The notes: generated by a model from the letters alone, not told the origin. DNA of 64,000 bases from Candidatus Pseudoscillospira faecavium (GCA_904420565.1 CAJFVV010000046.1:948-64947); one strand, 5' to 3'; positions 38,755-48,369 are shown, numbered from the stretch's first letter. Translations and numbers: made by a program.

Positions 38755-39325
38755 GGTCTCCAAACAGCACCTCGGCAATTTCAGCCGAACGCGCGCTGCG
38801 AAGTTCTTCCAAAAGGGTGGGCAGTGTGCAGTCTACCTCCACCGCTCCATAGCGCAGAATCAACCCCGCTGCGCCCGGTGCATCCGCAGACAGATGCAGC
38901 TGCGGGTAGGCTGTGAGCAGTGCCGAACCGATTGTTTTCCGGTCTTCCTCCTGCAGCAGCACCTCCCCCCGCTGCCCCGGCTGCACTGCGCGTGAGGCCA
39001 GCAGCAAATAGAGTTTTTCCCGCCGGGCCGGATCCAGGGTTTCCAGCGCCTCCAGCGCATTTTGAAACGCTTTTCCCACTTGTTTCTGTTTTTCCTGCAG
39101 TACAGCTGCGCGCTGGTGCAGCCGCATCTGATCCGTGCAGCTTTTTTCCTCCAGCGCCAGCTGCTCCTGCTGCCGCGCTGTCTCCTCTGCACGCAGCCGC
39201 TCCATTTTCCCGGCGTAGTGGCGGCGCACCTCTTCCGCTCTGCTTTGTGCCTGGCTGAGGATCTCCTGACATTCCCTGCGGTTGTCCTCTTCCATGCGCG
39301 CAATAATATTGTCAATCCCTTTCAT
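38741..39325 (-). CDS. V-type ATPase subunit E (divergent)
   Basis: MKGIDNIIARM, coiled coil, GLILRYGAVEVDCT, EIAEVLF. Confidence 0.82.
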   Translation of the reverse strand: MKGIDNIIARMEEDNRRECQEILSQAQSRAEEVRRHYAGKMERLRAEETARQQEQLALEEKSCTDQMRLHQRAAVLQEKQKQVGKAFQNALEALETLDPARREKLYLLLASRAVQPGQRGEVLLQEEDRKTIGSALLTAYPQLHLSADAPGAAGLILRYGAVEVDCTLPTLLEELRSARSAEIAEVLFGDHDEG

Positions 39326-39335
39326 AGGTCACCCC

Positions 39336-39806
39336 TCACAGGCTGTTGAGCATCAAAAAAGATGCCAGCAGACACAAAATCGCATAAAACTCCACCATGA
39401 TGGCAAAAATCAGTCCCTTCGCCATTTGATCGCTGCGCCGCCCAATGGTCATCACGCCCGCCGCAGCGCACCGCCCCTGGGCGATGGCCGTGAAATAACC
39501 GCCGATTCCCATGGGCAGGCAGGCCGCAAAATACTGCAGGCCCACGCCCGGGGACAAATCCGGTACACCCCCGGCAAAAAAGCCCATTTTCATCATGGCA
39601 AAAAACCAGATCACCAGGCCGTAGAGACCCTGGGTACCGGGGATAATCTCCAAAATCAGGCATTGGGCAAATTTGGAGGGATCCTCGGCAATCACGCCGT
39701 TGCCCGCCTCGCCGGCCAGGCCCACGCCTTTGCCGGAGCCTGCGCACGCCAGGCAAACCGCCAAAACAGCGCCCAAAAAGGCGATGCCCGTTCCCACACT
39801 TATCAT
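39336..39806 (-). CDS. ntpK: V-type ATPase proteolipid subunit K (Na+-type signature)
   Basis: PGTQGLYG, IAQG and MVEFYAIL match the T/Q/Q/E Na+ site of E. hirae NtpK. Confidence 0.93.
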   Translation of the reverse strand: MISVGTGIAFLGAVLAVCLACAGSGKGVGLAGEAGNGVIAEDPSKFAQCLILEIIPGTQGLYGLVIWFFAMMKMGFFAGGVPDLSPGVGLQYFAACLPMGIGGYFTAIAQGRCAAAGVMTIGRRSDQMAKGLIFAIMVEFYAILCLLASFLMLNSL

Positions 39807-39809
39807 CGC

Positions 39810-41759
39810 TTATTCCTCCTTGATGATATCGGTATAGCTCGTCCGGCAGGCCAGCGGCCGAAACGGCACGCCGCCCTCCCGGTAAAATTTCCCATAAAAT
39901 TCCAGGTACTGCAGACGAGCTGCATGCACATAGGTGCCGATGAGATTGACCGCAATGTTGAACAGATGCCCAATCAAAAATACCGGCACAAAGGCAATCC
40001 AGCTGCCGGGCAGCGCGCCCAGCGTGTTAATCACCGTAGCAATCACTGAAGTTGCCAGCATCAGCGCCATCAGGCGGGAATAGGACAGCACGTCCGAGAG
40101 CCAGTTTGTCACGTTGTACAAACTGGCTGCGCCGCCGGCCAGTTTTGCCAGCACGCCCCGCTTTTTCCGCCCCTGGGTGGCAATCAGCGCCGCTGTGCCA
40201 AGCAAAAGCAATGCTGCTCCGCCGTCGAATATCCAAAGAGCGATACCGGCAAAAAAGAGCCACCAGGGCACCGTGTCCAGCAAGCCGTCGAGCGGATGTC
40301 CGTCCCGCGCCTTCATATAAATGTGCACCAGCTGGCCAAACAGCAGCTGTATGACACCGATGATCAGCGTGGTGTACAGCACAGCCATGGGCGCGGTGAG
40401 CGGATTGAATACAATGCCGCTGCTGAAGCGCTGCAGCCAAAGGGGCAGCGCTTCAAAGGGAACTGCAAAAAATGTGGCTGCAATCACCTCTATCGCATTT
40501 CCGAAAAAGCCGCCGGTCAAAAAGCCGCATAAACAGGTGGAAATACCCAGATAAATGCCCAGATGCATCAGCTGTCCCACGGCGCCGCGGGGATCCCACA
40601 GCCGGATCACAGCCCAGGACACAGCCAAAAGGATCAGCCCATAGGCAACATCGGCAAACATAAAGCCAAAGAAAAACAGATAAAACCAAAAAATCAGCGG
40701 GTTAGGATCAATGCCCCCATACGCCGGCAGAGAATACATCTCTGTCACCACATTGATTGGTTCCATCCATTTTGGATTTTTCAAAAGCGTCGGCGGCACC
40801 TCCCCGGAAACCGGAGGCCGGGTTTGAAAAGCACAGGCAAGTCCCGAAAGTGCCTGCGCCAGCTGCGCCTCCTGCGGCGCTGGGATCCAGCCGCACAGCA
40901 CCACCAGCGTGCCGTCTCCGCCCCCCTGCTCCCTGGCCTCTTCCAACAGGAGCTTCCGTCCCACCTGATCCAGCGCCAGTTCCAGTTCCTGCCGCCGGGA
41001 GGCAAAGGCCGCAATCTGCTCTTTCCGGCGCGCAATTTTTTCCTCCAATGCAGCAATTTCCCGTTCTGCCGCCGCTTTCACCTCCGCCGCCGTTCCCCGA
41101 AGCCCGGAGAAGGAAGCCATCCGAAACCCATAGGCCTGCAGCGCCTGCTCGGCGGCCTGGCGGCAGTCCCGATGCAGCAGCACAGCAACACAACAGCGCT
41201 GCCGCGTTCTTGAAATCAAAAAAAATGCGCTCTGCGGAGCCTCCCGTTCCAACAGCTTGGTCAGGGCCTCCGCCTCCGCTTTTGCCGGCAATGTGCCAAA
41301 CAGCAGCTGCACAGGCGCCGCCGTTTCAAAATCAAGGGGAACTGCGCAGGCAAGCCAAGGCTCCATAGCTGCCGCCTGCTCCTGCAGCCGGGCAATCTCC
41401 CGGCGCTCTGCTTCCATTTCCCGTCCATACCGGTTGATCTCGGCCGCGCCGGACAGCATTTTTCTCAGCCGCCCCTGATCCTGCAGCACAGACGCTTTCA
41501 CCGCCCTGCGCTTTTGCAGCAACGGGAAGCGCACACCGCACTGTTTCAAATGCTCCATCGCCTGCGCAAGCGCCTGCTGCTCCCCACGCACCTGCTGCAG
41601 CGCGGAGCGCTCCGCCGAAAGCGGGAGCTGCAGCGCCTCTTCAGCCTCCTGAAACGGGCGCAGCTCCACGCACCCCAGCTGCATCAACACCTCCAGCAGC
41701 CGGTCCTGTTCCTGGCGCAGCGTAAGCAAATAGAGGCGGCGCATTTTTACGATGGCCAT
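39810..41759 (-). CDS. ntpI: V-type ATPase subunit I
   Basis: MAIVKM, PPTLLKN, IDPNP, FFFGFMFAD, DVLSYSRLMAL (essential Arg), VHAARLQYLEFYGKFY. Confidence 0.93.
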   Translation of the reverse strand: MAIVKMRRLYLLTLRQEQDRLLEVLMQLGCVELRPFQEAEEALQLPLSAERSALQQVRGEQQALAQAMEHLKQCGVRFPLLQKRRAVKASVLQDQGRLRKMLSGAAEINRYGREMEAERREIARLQEQAAAMEPWLACAVPLDFETAAPVQLLFGTLPAKAEAEALTKLLEREAPQSAFFLISRTRQRCCVAVLLHRDCRQAAEQALQAYGFRMASFSGLRGTAAEVKAAAEREIAALEEKIARRKEQIAAFASRRQELELALDQVGRKLLLEEAREQGGGDGTLVVLCGWIPAPQEAQLAQALSGLACAFQTRPPVSGEVPPTLLKNPKWMEPINVVTEMYSLPAYGGIDPNPLIFWFYLFFFGFMFADVAYGLILLAVSWAVIRLWDPRGAVGQLMHLGIYLGISTCLCGFLTGGFFGNAIEVIAATFFAVPFEALPLWLQRFSSGIVFNPLTAPMAVLYTTLIIGVIQLLFGQLVHIYMKARDGHPLDGLLDTVPWWLFFAGIALWIFDGGAALLLLGTAALIATQGRKKRGVLAKLAGGAASLYNVTNWLSDVLSYSRLMALMLATSVIATVINTLGALPGSWIAFVPVFLIGHLFNIAVNLIGTYVHAARLQYLEFYGKFYREGGVPFRPLACRTSYTDIIKEE

Positions 41760-42070
41760 CCGTCCGCCACCTCCCGTGCAATTCTGCTCACCGCCTGCAC
41801 CATGTGCTGCGCGCTTTGTGCACGCAGGGCTTTACAATATCTTTGCGTCTGCGCCTGCATTTCCCTGCGCGCCTGTTCCATGCGTTCATGCAGCGCCGCC
41901 TTCCGGGCCTGACTTTCCTGCTGAAGGGTGCTGCGCAGCGCTTCCAGCTCTGCCTGTCCCTGGCGCTGCGCCTCTTCCACCAAAGTTTTTCCCTGCCGCA
42001 TCGCTTCCTGCCGCCTGCGCCGGTTTTCCTGCTCCGCCGCCTGCACGCGCTCAATTTCCTGTATCAGCAT
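41747..42070 (-). CDS. V-type ATPase peripheral stalk subunit G/H (divergent)
   Basis: About 107-aa coiled coil, first gene of the operon; GGAGGG RBS. Confidence 0.7.
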   Translation of the reverse strand: MLIQEIERVQAAEQENRRRRQEAMRQGKTLVEEAQRQGQAELEALRSTLQQESQARKAALHERMEQARREMQAQTQRYCKALRAQSAQHMVQAVSRIAREVADGWPS

Positions 42071-42097
42071 ATCATCCCTCCCGAACTTTCTTTTGGT

Positions 42098-42127
42098 TAG
42101 TCTTTTCCCGCTTTTTCCCAATTATGC
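42098..42127 (-). promoter_or_regulatory. SigF/SigG-like promoter of the V-ATPase operon
   Basis: Minus strand GCATA-N15-GAAAAGACTA; one mismatch to GYATA-N15-GGnnAnAnTR. Confidence 0.55.
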
Positions 42128-42156
42128 GTGCAGGCATGCTTTCTCAGGAACAATAA

Positions 42157-42198
42157 AAAAGAACAGGAACTTCCTTTGGGAAAATTCCTGTTCTTTTG
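42157..42198 (-). terminator. Terminator isolating the V-ATPase operon from upstream genes
   Basis: AAAAGAACAGGAA...TTCCTGTTCTTTT inverted repeat with an A-run on the + strand (U-tail on the minus strand). Confidence 0.7.
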
Positions 42199-42307
42199 CT
42201 CGATATCTTCTATAAATACAGCCAGCCTGGAAAGATTGCACCTTTTTCTCACTGCCAAACTGCAGAAATCCGAGGGCGTACTGTGCCGCACTTCTCCGCG
42301 GTCACTT

Positions 42308-43450
42308 TTATAGACACTCCATCAGGATCTCATAGACCTCATCGTGGGTTAACTGTTTATACCCATTGGGCAGCAAGTTTGTGCTGTCTGCCACCTGCCG
42401 CAGCAATTCCGGCGTGATTTCCACCTTGGAGCGAAGCTGGGACAACTGCGTGGGCAGGCCGCACTCCCGAATGAACGCAGCCAAAGCATCTACCGCAGCC
42501 GCAGCTCCCTCTGCGCCGAAGACCGTCTTGCCCATCCGTGCAAATTTCTCCGGCGCGTTTTCCACAATATGCCGATAGTAGACGGGATGCAGCACCGCCA
42601 GTCCCTGGCCGTGGTTGCAATCTGTGTAGGCGCCCAGCTGGTGCTCTATCTGGTGGCATTCAAAATCCGTGCGCCGGCCTACCTTCAAAATACCGTTCTC
42701 CGCCATGGCAGAGGTCCACATGAGATTGCTTCGGGCGGTGTAGTCGTTGATATCCTGTAAAAGCGTCCGCATATTGACCACGGTGCTGCACATGACGGAC
42801 AGGGCCACCTCATCGGAAACATTGTCCTGGTCAGACCGGCCGAAGTAGGTCTCCATGGCATGGCTCAGGGTGTCAAAGGCGCCGGACAGCACCTGCATCC
42901 GGGGCAAGGTCATGGTGTACTCCGGGTCGAGAATGGCAAACCGGGGGGCTGCAGAAAACATCCCGCCTTTAATCCTGGCATCCTCATTGGTGATAACAGC
43001 GCCGCCATTCATTTCTGCCCCGGTGCCCGATGCGGTGACCACCGCTCCCAGGGGGATGGGCGTTTTGGCGGGGGCCTTATGCTGGACCATCTCCAAATCC
43101 CACAGATCCACATCCTCCACCGCCTGGGCGGCCACAATTTTGCAGCAGTCGATTACAGAGCCGCCGCCCACTGCCAGAATCAAGTCGATCTGATTTTCCC
43201 GCGCCAGCCGGGCACCTTCCAGCACTTTTGCATAGGTGGGGTTGGACATAATGCCGCTGAACTCAGTAACGACCTTTCCGGCAGCCTTCAAAAGGCCCGT
43301 CAGTTCCTCATAAACCCCGTTCTTCTGAATGGAGCCGCCGCCATAAGCCAGCAGCACATTGGGTCCATAGGCCTCCAAAATACCCGGCAGATGGGTCTTC
43401 GCCGCCCCTTTGCCGAAATAGACCTTGGTAGGGTAACGCGCCGCCTGCAT
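42308..43450 (-). CDS. Iron-containing alcohol dehydrogenase (BdhA/YqhD-like) whose native 5' end appears deleted
   Basis: YPTKVYFGKG, YGGGSI, AVGGGSVID, GTGAEM, HQIEH, HGQGL; in-frame ATG at 43450 has no clear RBS. Confidence 0.8.
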   Translation of the reverse strand: MQAARYPTKVYFGKGAAKTHLPGILEAYGPNVLLAYGGGSIQKNGVYEELTGLLKAAGKVVTEFSGIMSNPTYAKVLEGARLARENQIDLILAVGGGSVIDCCKIVAAQAVEDVDLWDLEMVQHKAPAKTPIPLGAVVTASGTGAEMNGGAVITNEDARIKGGMFSAAPRFAILDPEYTMTLPRMQVLSGAFDTLSHAMETYFGRSDQDNVSDEVALSVMCSTVVNMRTLLQDINDYTARSNLMWTSAMAENGILKVGRRTDFECHQIEHQLGAYTDCNHGQGLAVLHPVYYRHIVENAPEKFARMGKTVFGAEGAAAAVDALAAFIRECGLPTQLSQLRSKVEITPELLRQVADSTNLLPNGYKQLTHDEVYEILMECL

Positions 43451-43775
43451 TGCACACAGCAAACCGGGCGCCCGGCCTTCCCTTGAAAAAGAACAGCCCC
43501 GTGCCTGCTTTCTCCGCATCAGCGCCCTTCTCTCGGTCGGTATAGATGTCATAAAAAACGGTTTCGCCAGCCAGCGCCCGCCCTTTCAGCGTGTTGACGA
43601 TTTCCACTGTTTTGTTGGGATCGATATGACTGTAAAAAGCCAGATGAAGCTTTCCCAGCGTCTTGCCGCCCCAATAAGCGGTATGGACCGGAAAGAGCAG
43701 GCGGCCGTACGCTCCAAAAGCAGGGTCCTTCATCACATCCCGCACCGGCGTATTAACTGTAAATCTGCAATTCAA
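43438..43775 (-). pseudogene. Truncated alpha/beta-hydrolase-like gene (5' part only)
   Basis: DPAFGAYGRLLFPV...VFYDIYT..EK..GLFFFKG...FAVCNAGG, then runs out of frame into the ADH gene; no nucleophile motif present. Confidence 0.65.
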
Positions 43776-43824
43776 AGCAGTCCCCCCCGATTGATGGCCC
43801 ACTGCACAGTTTTCTGTCTGTTCT

Positions 43825-44508
43825 TCATTCGTCTTTTACGGTCTTTGCAGATATACTGCGCCGCAGAAGCAGCCCCCCGTAATACCCGGCGCATGCAAAC
43901 AGGGCCAGAATCGCCAAATAGTCCGCCAGAAAGCGCAAGATTGTCTGGTCCGGCGGGAAGAACAGAAAGTGCGTCCGCATAAATAAATAGTCCGGCAGTC
44001 CATTGCGGAAAAAAGCGCAAAGCCCATCCAACGCAATTACTGCGGCCAGAAGCCGCAGGAGCGCTCTTCGCCATTTGGACGAAGTCTGCACCCCCGTAAT
44101 CCGGCGGACCATGCCCATGACTGCACTCCAGTGCAGCCCCAAATGCAAACTCATCAGCAGAAATCCCCAGTAAGCGCAGGGAAGGTGCACCATCCTGGCC
44201 AGTTCCTGTCCGCCGTGCGGCGGAAGAAATCCCAGCGCATGCTGCGAAAGCCCCAGGCCGCTGACCATGGATCCCAGCACAGCGAACAAAAGCATCCCAT
44301 GCAGCACCGTCTGCACGCACTGATACGGAGAACCCCATCTTTTTCGGAAGCTCCGGTACCATGACAAGTTCATCCCGTGGTGAAACAGCAGCAACAGCAG
44401 CATAGCCAATCCCAGCCACTCGTGGATCGCTTCCCCAATTAAAGAATAGCCCATCAACAGAAGGAGGATTCCGGTCAATGCCAAATCTACAATCCATTTT
44501 TTCGTCAC
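43825..44508 (-). CDS. DUF4405-like membrane protein (His-ligated cytochrome b-like)
   Basis: AIHEWLG, FHH..N..WY, VHL..AYWGFLLMSLHLGLHW. Confidence 0.8.
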   Translation of the reverse strand: MTKKWIVDLALTGILLLLMGYSLIGEAIHEWLGLAMLLLLLFHHGMNLSWYRSFRKRWGSPYQCVQTVLHGMLLFAVLGSMVSGLGLSQHALGFLPPHGGQELARMVHLPCAYWGFLLMSLHLGLHWSAVMGMVRRITGVQTSSKWRRALLRLLAAVIALDGLCAFFRNGLPDYLFMRTHFLFFPPDQTILRFLADYLAILALFACAGYYGGLLLRRSISAKTVKDE

Positions 44509-44544
44509 AGCAGTTCTCCTTCTGAATATACTTCCAGGCGCGGT

Positions 44545-45438
44545 TCACCGATGCATGAATAACCAGCCCATAATCTCAGGATCCCGGGCAAACAGATTCC
44601 CGCCGCCGTGCTGGCTGGTTGCGCCGCCCTGGCGAAAGTAATCTGCGTCTTTGATATCCAACACCAGCAACTGATGGATCTCTTCTTCCGAAACTCCCGC
44701 CTCCCGGTACAATGCATAGAGGCGGTCATAGGCTTCCTGCGTGGGTTCAGGACCGTAGTACTCGTCTCCTTCGCCGACAACCAGATACACCGGAACTTGA
44801 GCTTCCACCACCGGTTCGTAGGCCCCATCCCATTGGGAAGCACAATGGAGATAGGCCGTAAACAAATCAGGCCGCAGCCCCAGCACCCGCGACATAGTTT
44901 CCCCGCCTCCGGAATACCCATTGGCATAAACCTGATCCCGGTCGATATGGTAAGCCTGCAGCAGATATTCTGTCAGGGCAATGGTCTGCTCCGCCGAAGT
45001 CTCGCCCCAGTCACTGAGCTGCGGCGCTGCCACAATCATTTGATCGTTGTATTGCAGTGCTTCAAAGGCAAAATTTTCACTGTACAAATTCTGGCCGACA
45101 CCCTGGAAATACAGTCCCTCATAGCCAGGAAGGGTCAGATAGAGCGCGTAAGGCTCACTGCCGTCGTAGCTGTCTGGAATATAGATATGGTAATGGATGT
45201 CTCCCTCCGGCGCGTGGAGTACATTGTCCATCAAAAATCCCCGGTAAAGTTCCGTCCCTTCGGTGACCGCCGCTTCCTCCTCTGCGGGGGCTGTTGGCAC
45301 CGAGGGGGTCTCCTGCACTTGTGCCGGCGGATCGCTGTTTTCCCGGGGCGGGGCGGACGCCGCGTTTCCGCAGCCGCTGAAGTTCAATCCCATTGTTGCA
45401 GTCAGCAGAAAAGGAAGGACTTTGAAGAAAGGAAACAT
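44545..45438 (-). CDS. Lipoprotein esterase/peptidase, alpha/beta hydrolase fold
   Basis: Lipobox FSGC, GYSGGG nucleophile elbow, VGEGDEYY, QHGGG. Confidence 0.8.
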   Translation of the reverse strand: MFPFFKVLPFLLTATMGLNFSGCGNAASAPPRENSDPPAQVQETPSVPTAPAEEEAAVTEGTELYRGFLMDNVLHAPEGDIHYHIYIPDSYDGSEPYALYLTLPGYEGLYFQGVGQNLYSENFAFEALQYNDQMIVAAPQLSDWGETSAEQTIALTEYLLQAYHIDRDQVYANGYSGGGETMSRVLGLRPDLFTAYLHCASQWDGAYEPVVEAQVPVYLVVGEGDEYYGPEPTQEAYDRLYALYREAGVSEEEIHQLLVLDIKDADYFRQGGATSQHGGGNLFARDPEIMGWLFMHR

Positions 45439-45696
45439 GGCAAAAACCTTCTTTCTTATATAGCATTATTGTAAGCCCGGCATCCCGCTCACGGAAGTTC
45501 CAGTTCGTTATCCGGTATAAACGCAAAGGTAAATGCAAAATAAATCTCTGGATGAAGGATTACGGTATGTGTTTTCTCCCCCGCTTTCCCCGAATCAATT
45601 CACCTGCATTTTATAAAAAAGCGCTGCAGGCCCTGATCGCCTGCAGCGCTTCTATACAAAATAATCTCCTTCCATTCTTCCGCACAGCTGTGCTGC

Positions 45697-47076
45697 TCAC
45701 AACCGCTGCCCCGCATCCATGGCCAGGGCAGAACGTTCGCACTCCTCCGCCGAAAGGGTAATCTGCCAGCACAGCGGGCTGCCCTTCATTGCCTTGGCCG
45801 CATAGCTCAGCCCATTGGTCCGCTCATCCAAGAAGGGCCGGTCAATCTGCTGCGGGTCTCCCAAAAGAATAATTTTGGTATCCTTTCCCGCCCGGGTGAT
45901 AATGCCTTTTACCTGGTTTGGCGTCATATTCTGCGCTTCATCGATGATCAGATAAGTGCGGGCAATGGAGCGCCCGCGGATGAAATTCAGTGCCTCCGCC
46001 TGAATCACCCCTCGCTCAAATACTTCATTGACCCGATCCCGCAGAAGCACTTCGTCATCGTAGCGATGATGATCGTCAGAATCCAGCAGCTGCTCTAAAT
46101 TATCTACAATCGGCCGCATCAGCGGTGCAATTTTTTCCTGCTCATCGCCGGGCAGAAAACCGATGTCTTCGTCAAACTGGGCATTGGGCCGGCTCACCAT
46201 AATCCGCCGATATTCGCCGTTTGGTGTATTGTAAACCTTCTCCAACCCCACTGCCAGGGAATAAAAAGTCTTTGCCGTTCCCGCCACGCCTTTGATAATC
46301 ACCAGAGGGGCTTTGTCCGCGCCGGTCATCAATGCCTCCTGCATAAAGTATTGCCCCACATTGCGCGGCGAAACACCGTAAGGTTTGCTCTTTTGATACG
46401 CCAGAGGCACAATGCGGCCGCCCTCCACCCTGCCCAGCAGCGTTTTTTTCAAAGATTGGTCCAGTTTCAGCACCAAAAACTCATTTTCCGTCAGTTCAGG
46501 ATAAACAGGCATCCCTTCTTCATCTGTTTGGTATACCGTCTCGCGGGGGATGCCGTTTTTCTTAAACTCCTTGGCCAATTCTTCCGGCAAATAAACCGTG
46601 CTGCGCCCCGTATAAAGCGCATCATCCGAGCTGACCTGTTCGGCTGTAAAATCTTCTGCGCGCAGGCCCAAAATCTGCGCCTTGATGCGCAGCAGCAAAT
46701 CTTTTGTCACCAGCACCACTTGTCCCGGTTCCGCCGCGCGCTCCTGCAGCCCTTTGCACACCATCAGAATGCGATTGTCTGACCGGTCCTCCGGCAGATC
46801 AGGCGGCAGCTGCACATGCACAAAATTCTTTTCCAGCCGCAGCAGGCCGCCGCCTTCCAGGGAAACACCTTCGAGCAAATCACCCTGCACCCGCAGATCC
46901 TCCAGCAGCCGGATCGCTGCACGGGCATTGACGCCGCGCTCGCCTTCCGCCTTTTTCAGGCCGTCCAGCTCCTCGATCACCACCAGTGGAATGACCACTG
47001 TGTGTTCCTGAAAACATGAAATCGCATAGGGGGCCTGGATCAACACATTGGTGTCCAACACGTAGGTCTTTTTCAT
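45697..47076 (-). CDS. PIN-PhoH fusion protein (PhoH2/YlaK-like)
   Basis: YVLDTNVLI PIN motif; GVAGTAKT, FLPGD, IRGRS, IIDEAQN, LGDPQQID. Confidence 0.92.
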   Translation of the reverse strand: MKKTYVLDTNVLIQAPYAISCFQEHTVVIPLVVIEELDGLKKAEGERGVNARAAIRLLEDLRVQGDLLEGVSLEGGGLLRLEKNFVHVQLPPDLPEDRSDNRILMVCKGLQERAAEPGQVVLVTKDLLLRIKAQILGLRAEDFTAEQVSSDDALYTGRSTVYLPEELAKEFKKNGIPRETVYQTDEEGMPVYPELTENEFLVLKLDQSLKKTLLGRVEGGRIVPLAYQKSKPYGVSPRNVGQYFMQEALMTGADKAPLVIIKGVAGTAKTFYSLAVGLEKVYNTPNGEYRRIMVSRPNAQFDEDIGFLPGDEQEKIAPLMRPIVDNLEQLLDSDDHHRYDDEVLLRDRVNEVFERGVIQAEALNFIRGRSIARTYLIIDEAQNMTPNQVKGIITRAGKDTKIILLGDPQQIDRPFLDERTNGLSYAAKAMKGSPLCWQITLSAEECERSALAMDAGQRL

Positions 47077-47233
47077 AGCATCCCTCCATATTGTTATTAT
47101 ACTGTCCACGCCAGCCCCCATACCACCATATTTGGCTGTAGTCCAAGTAAAATGATTGTAAATTCCCCCGGAATTCTTTTGAAACAATACCGCACAACCG
47201 GGATATCTCCATTGCGTCATGTGGCTGAAACAG

Positions 47234-47272
47234 CATGAGAGGGTATCTTCGCTTTGAAGATACCCTCTCATG
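47234..47272. terminator. Long hairpin downstream of the glycoside hydrolase-like gene
   Basis: CATGAGAGGGTATCTTC-GCTTT-GAAGATACCCTCTCATG, a perfect 17-bp stem. Confidence 0.65.
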
Positions 47273-47347
47273 TTATTCTCTGATGAACAGCGCAATTCAC
47301 TGAACTCCGTTCCGCTTCCACAATGCAGCAGAGAACGGTTTCTGTTT

Positions 47348-48340
47348 TTATCCAATGACATAGCTTCCGCCGGTTACCGGTTCCCCGGTTTCCGCCACAT
47401 AAAACACTTTGCCATCTACATCGCCGCGCAGTGCAGACAGTGCGGTGCGGGCAGCGTCCGCCTCTGTCTGGCCGGCCGCATCCATATAAATGCGGTCTAC
47501 CTTCTGGGCAATAGCGTTTAAATCCCAGCCCGCTGTTTCATCCGTTTGTGTTTCCAGCAAATCAGAAGGCAGCGCAATCGACAGCGTGACACCCGTACCC
47601 TCCAGCTCCGTATTCACAGCATCCAGAAACGCCAGAATGGCATCCACCCGCAGCTGCGGCGTGTCTTCCTGGTCGCCAAAGGTCATGCGCTCCACACGGC
47701 CATAATTGGGAAACTGCACATCGTCCAGCACAATTTCCGTAAAACCAAGCTCCACACACTGGCGCACCATAGCAAGCAGCTCATCACAGGCTGCCTGGCT
47801 GTATGGGCTGAGCCAGCTGTTGCCGTCCGGATCACGCCAGGCACGGCCGCTGACACTCATAATCGCCATGCTGTTATCCTCATCTGCCCGCTGGGTATCG
47901 GCAAAGCAGGAAAGACGCGCCACTGCATCCCGTCCTGCAATTTTTTCACGCAGCAAAGCCGTATCTCCATCGTACATGGTGCCATTAGCCGCTTTCATTA
48001 CAAACACCGGCCGCTCCCCTTCCTGAAGCTCAGAAAAATCCTCGCTTTCCAGGCTGGCCAAATCCAGCGTCCTTCCGTACAGTTCCTCCGTATTCGCCGC
48101 CGGCTCCTGAATATGCAAATCCACCTCATTGCCGGCATTCCCCTCCTCGTCAGAGGAAGCCGGCTGATTCTGTCCAACACCGGGCAAATTCAAATGAGCG
48201 CCGTCCCTGTCAAATACCTGATAGTCCTGCAAAAACAAAAAGAGACCTGCGGCAATGAGAATCAAAATCAATACCGCGATGAGTATTTTTTTCCAGCGCG
48301 GCATTCGCCCGCGATAGGATTGATACCCTTTTGTCGCCAT
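47348..48340 (-). CDS. Membrane-anchored putative glycoside hydrolase (DUF4015-like)
   Basis: N-terminal TM; ARLSCFAD, WLSPYS, GFTEIVLDDVQFP. Confidence 0.65.
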   Translation of the reverse strand: MATKGYQSYRGRMPRWKKILIAVLILILIAAGLFLFLQDYQVFDRDGAHLNLPGVGQNQPASSDEEGNAGNEVDLHIQEPAANTEELYGRTLDLASLESEDFSELQEGERPVFVMKAANGTMYDGDTALLREKIAGRDAVARLSCFADTQRADEDNSMAIMSVSGRAWRDPDGNSWLSPYSQAACDELLAMVRQCVELGFTEIVLDDVQFPNYGRVERMTFGDQEDTPQLRVDAILAFLDAVNTELEGTGVTLSIALPSDLLETQTDETAGWDLNAIAQKVDRIYMDAAGQTEADAARTALSALRGDVDGKVFYVAETGEPVTGGSYVIG

Positions 48341-48369
48341 AGCGGCGCCCTCCTTTCCGGTGGTTCATC

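Noticed and set aside
47077-47361. In-frame N-terminal extension of the PhoH ORF (554 aa)
   Set aside because: It crosses a terminator-like hairpin; the GGAGGG RBS and PIN motif point to the ATG at 47076.
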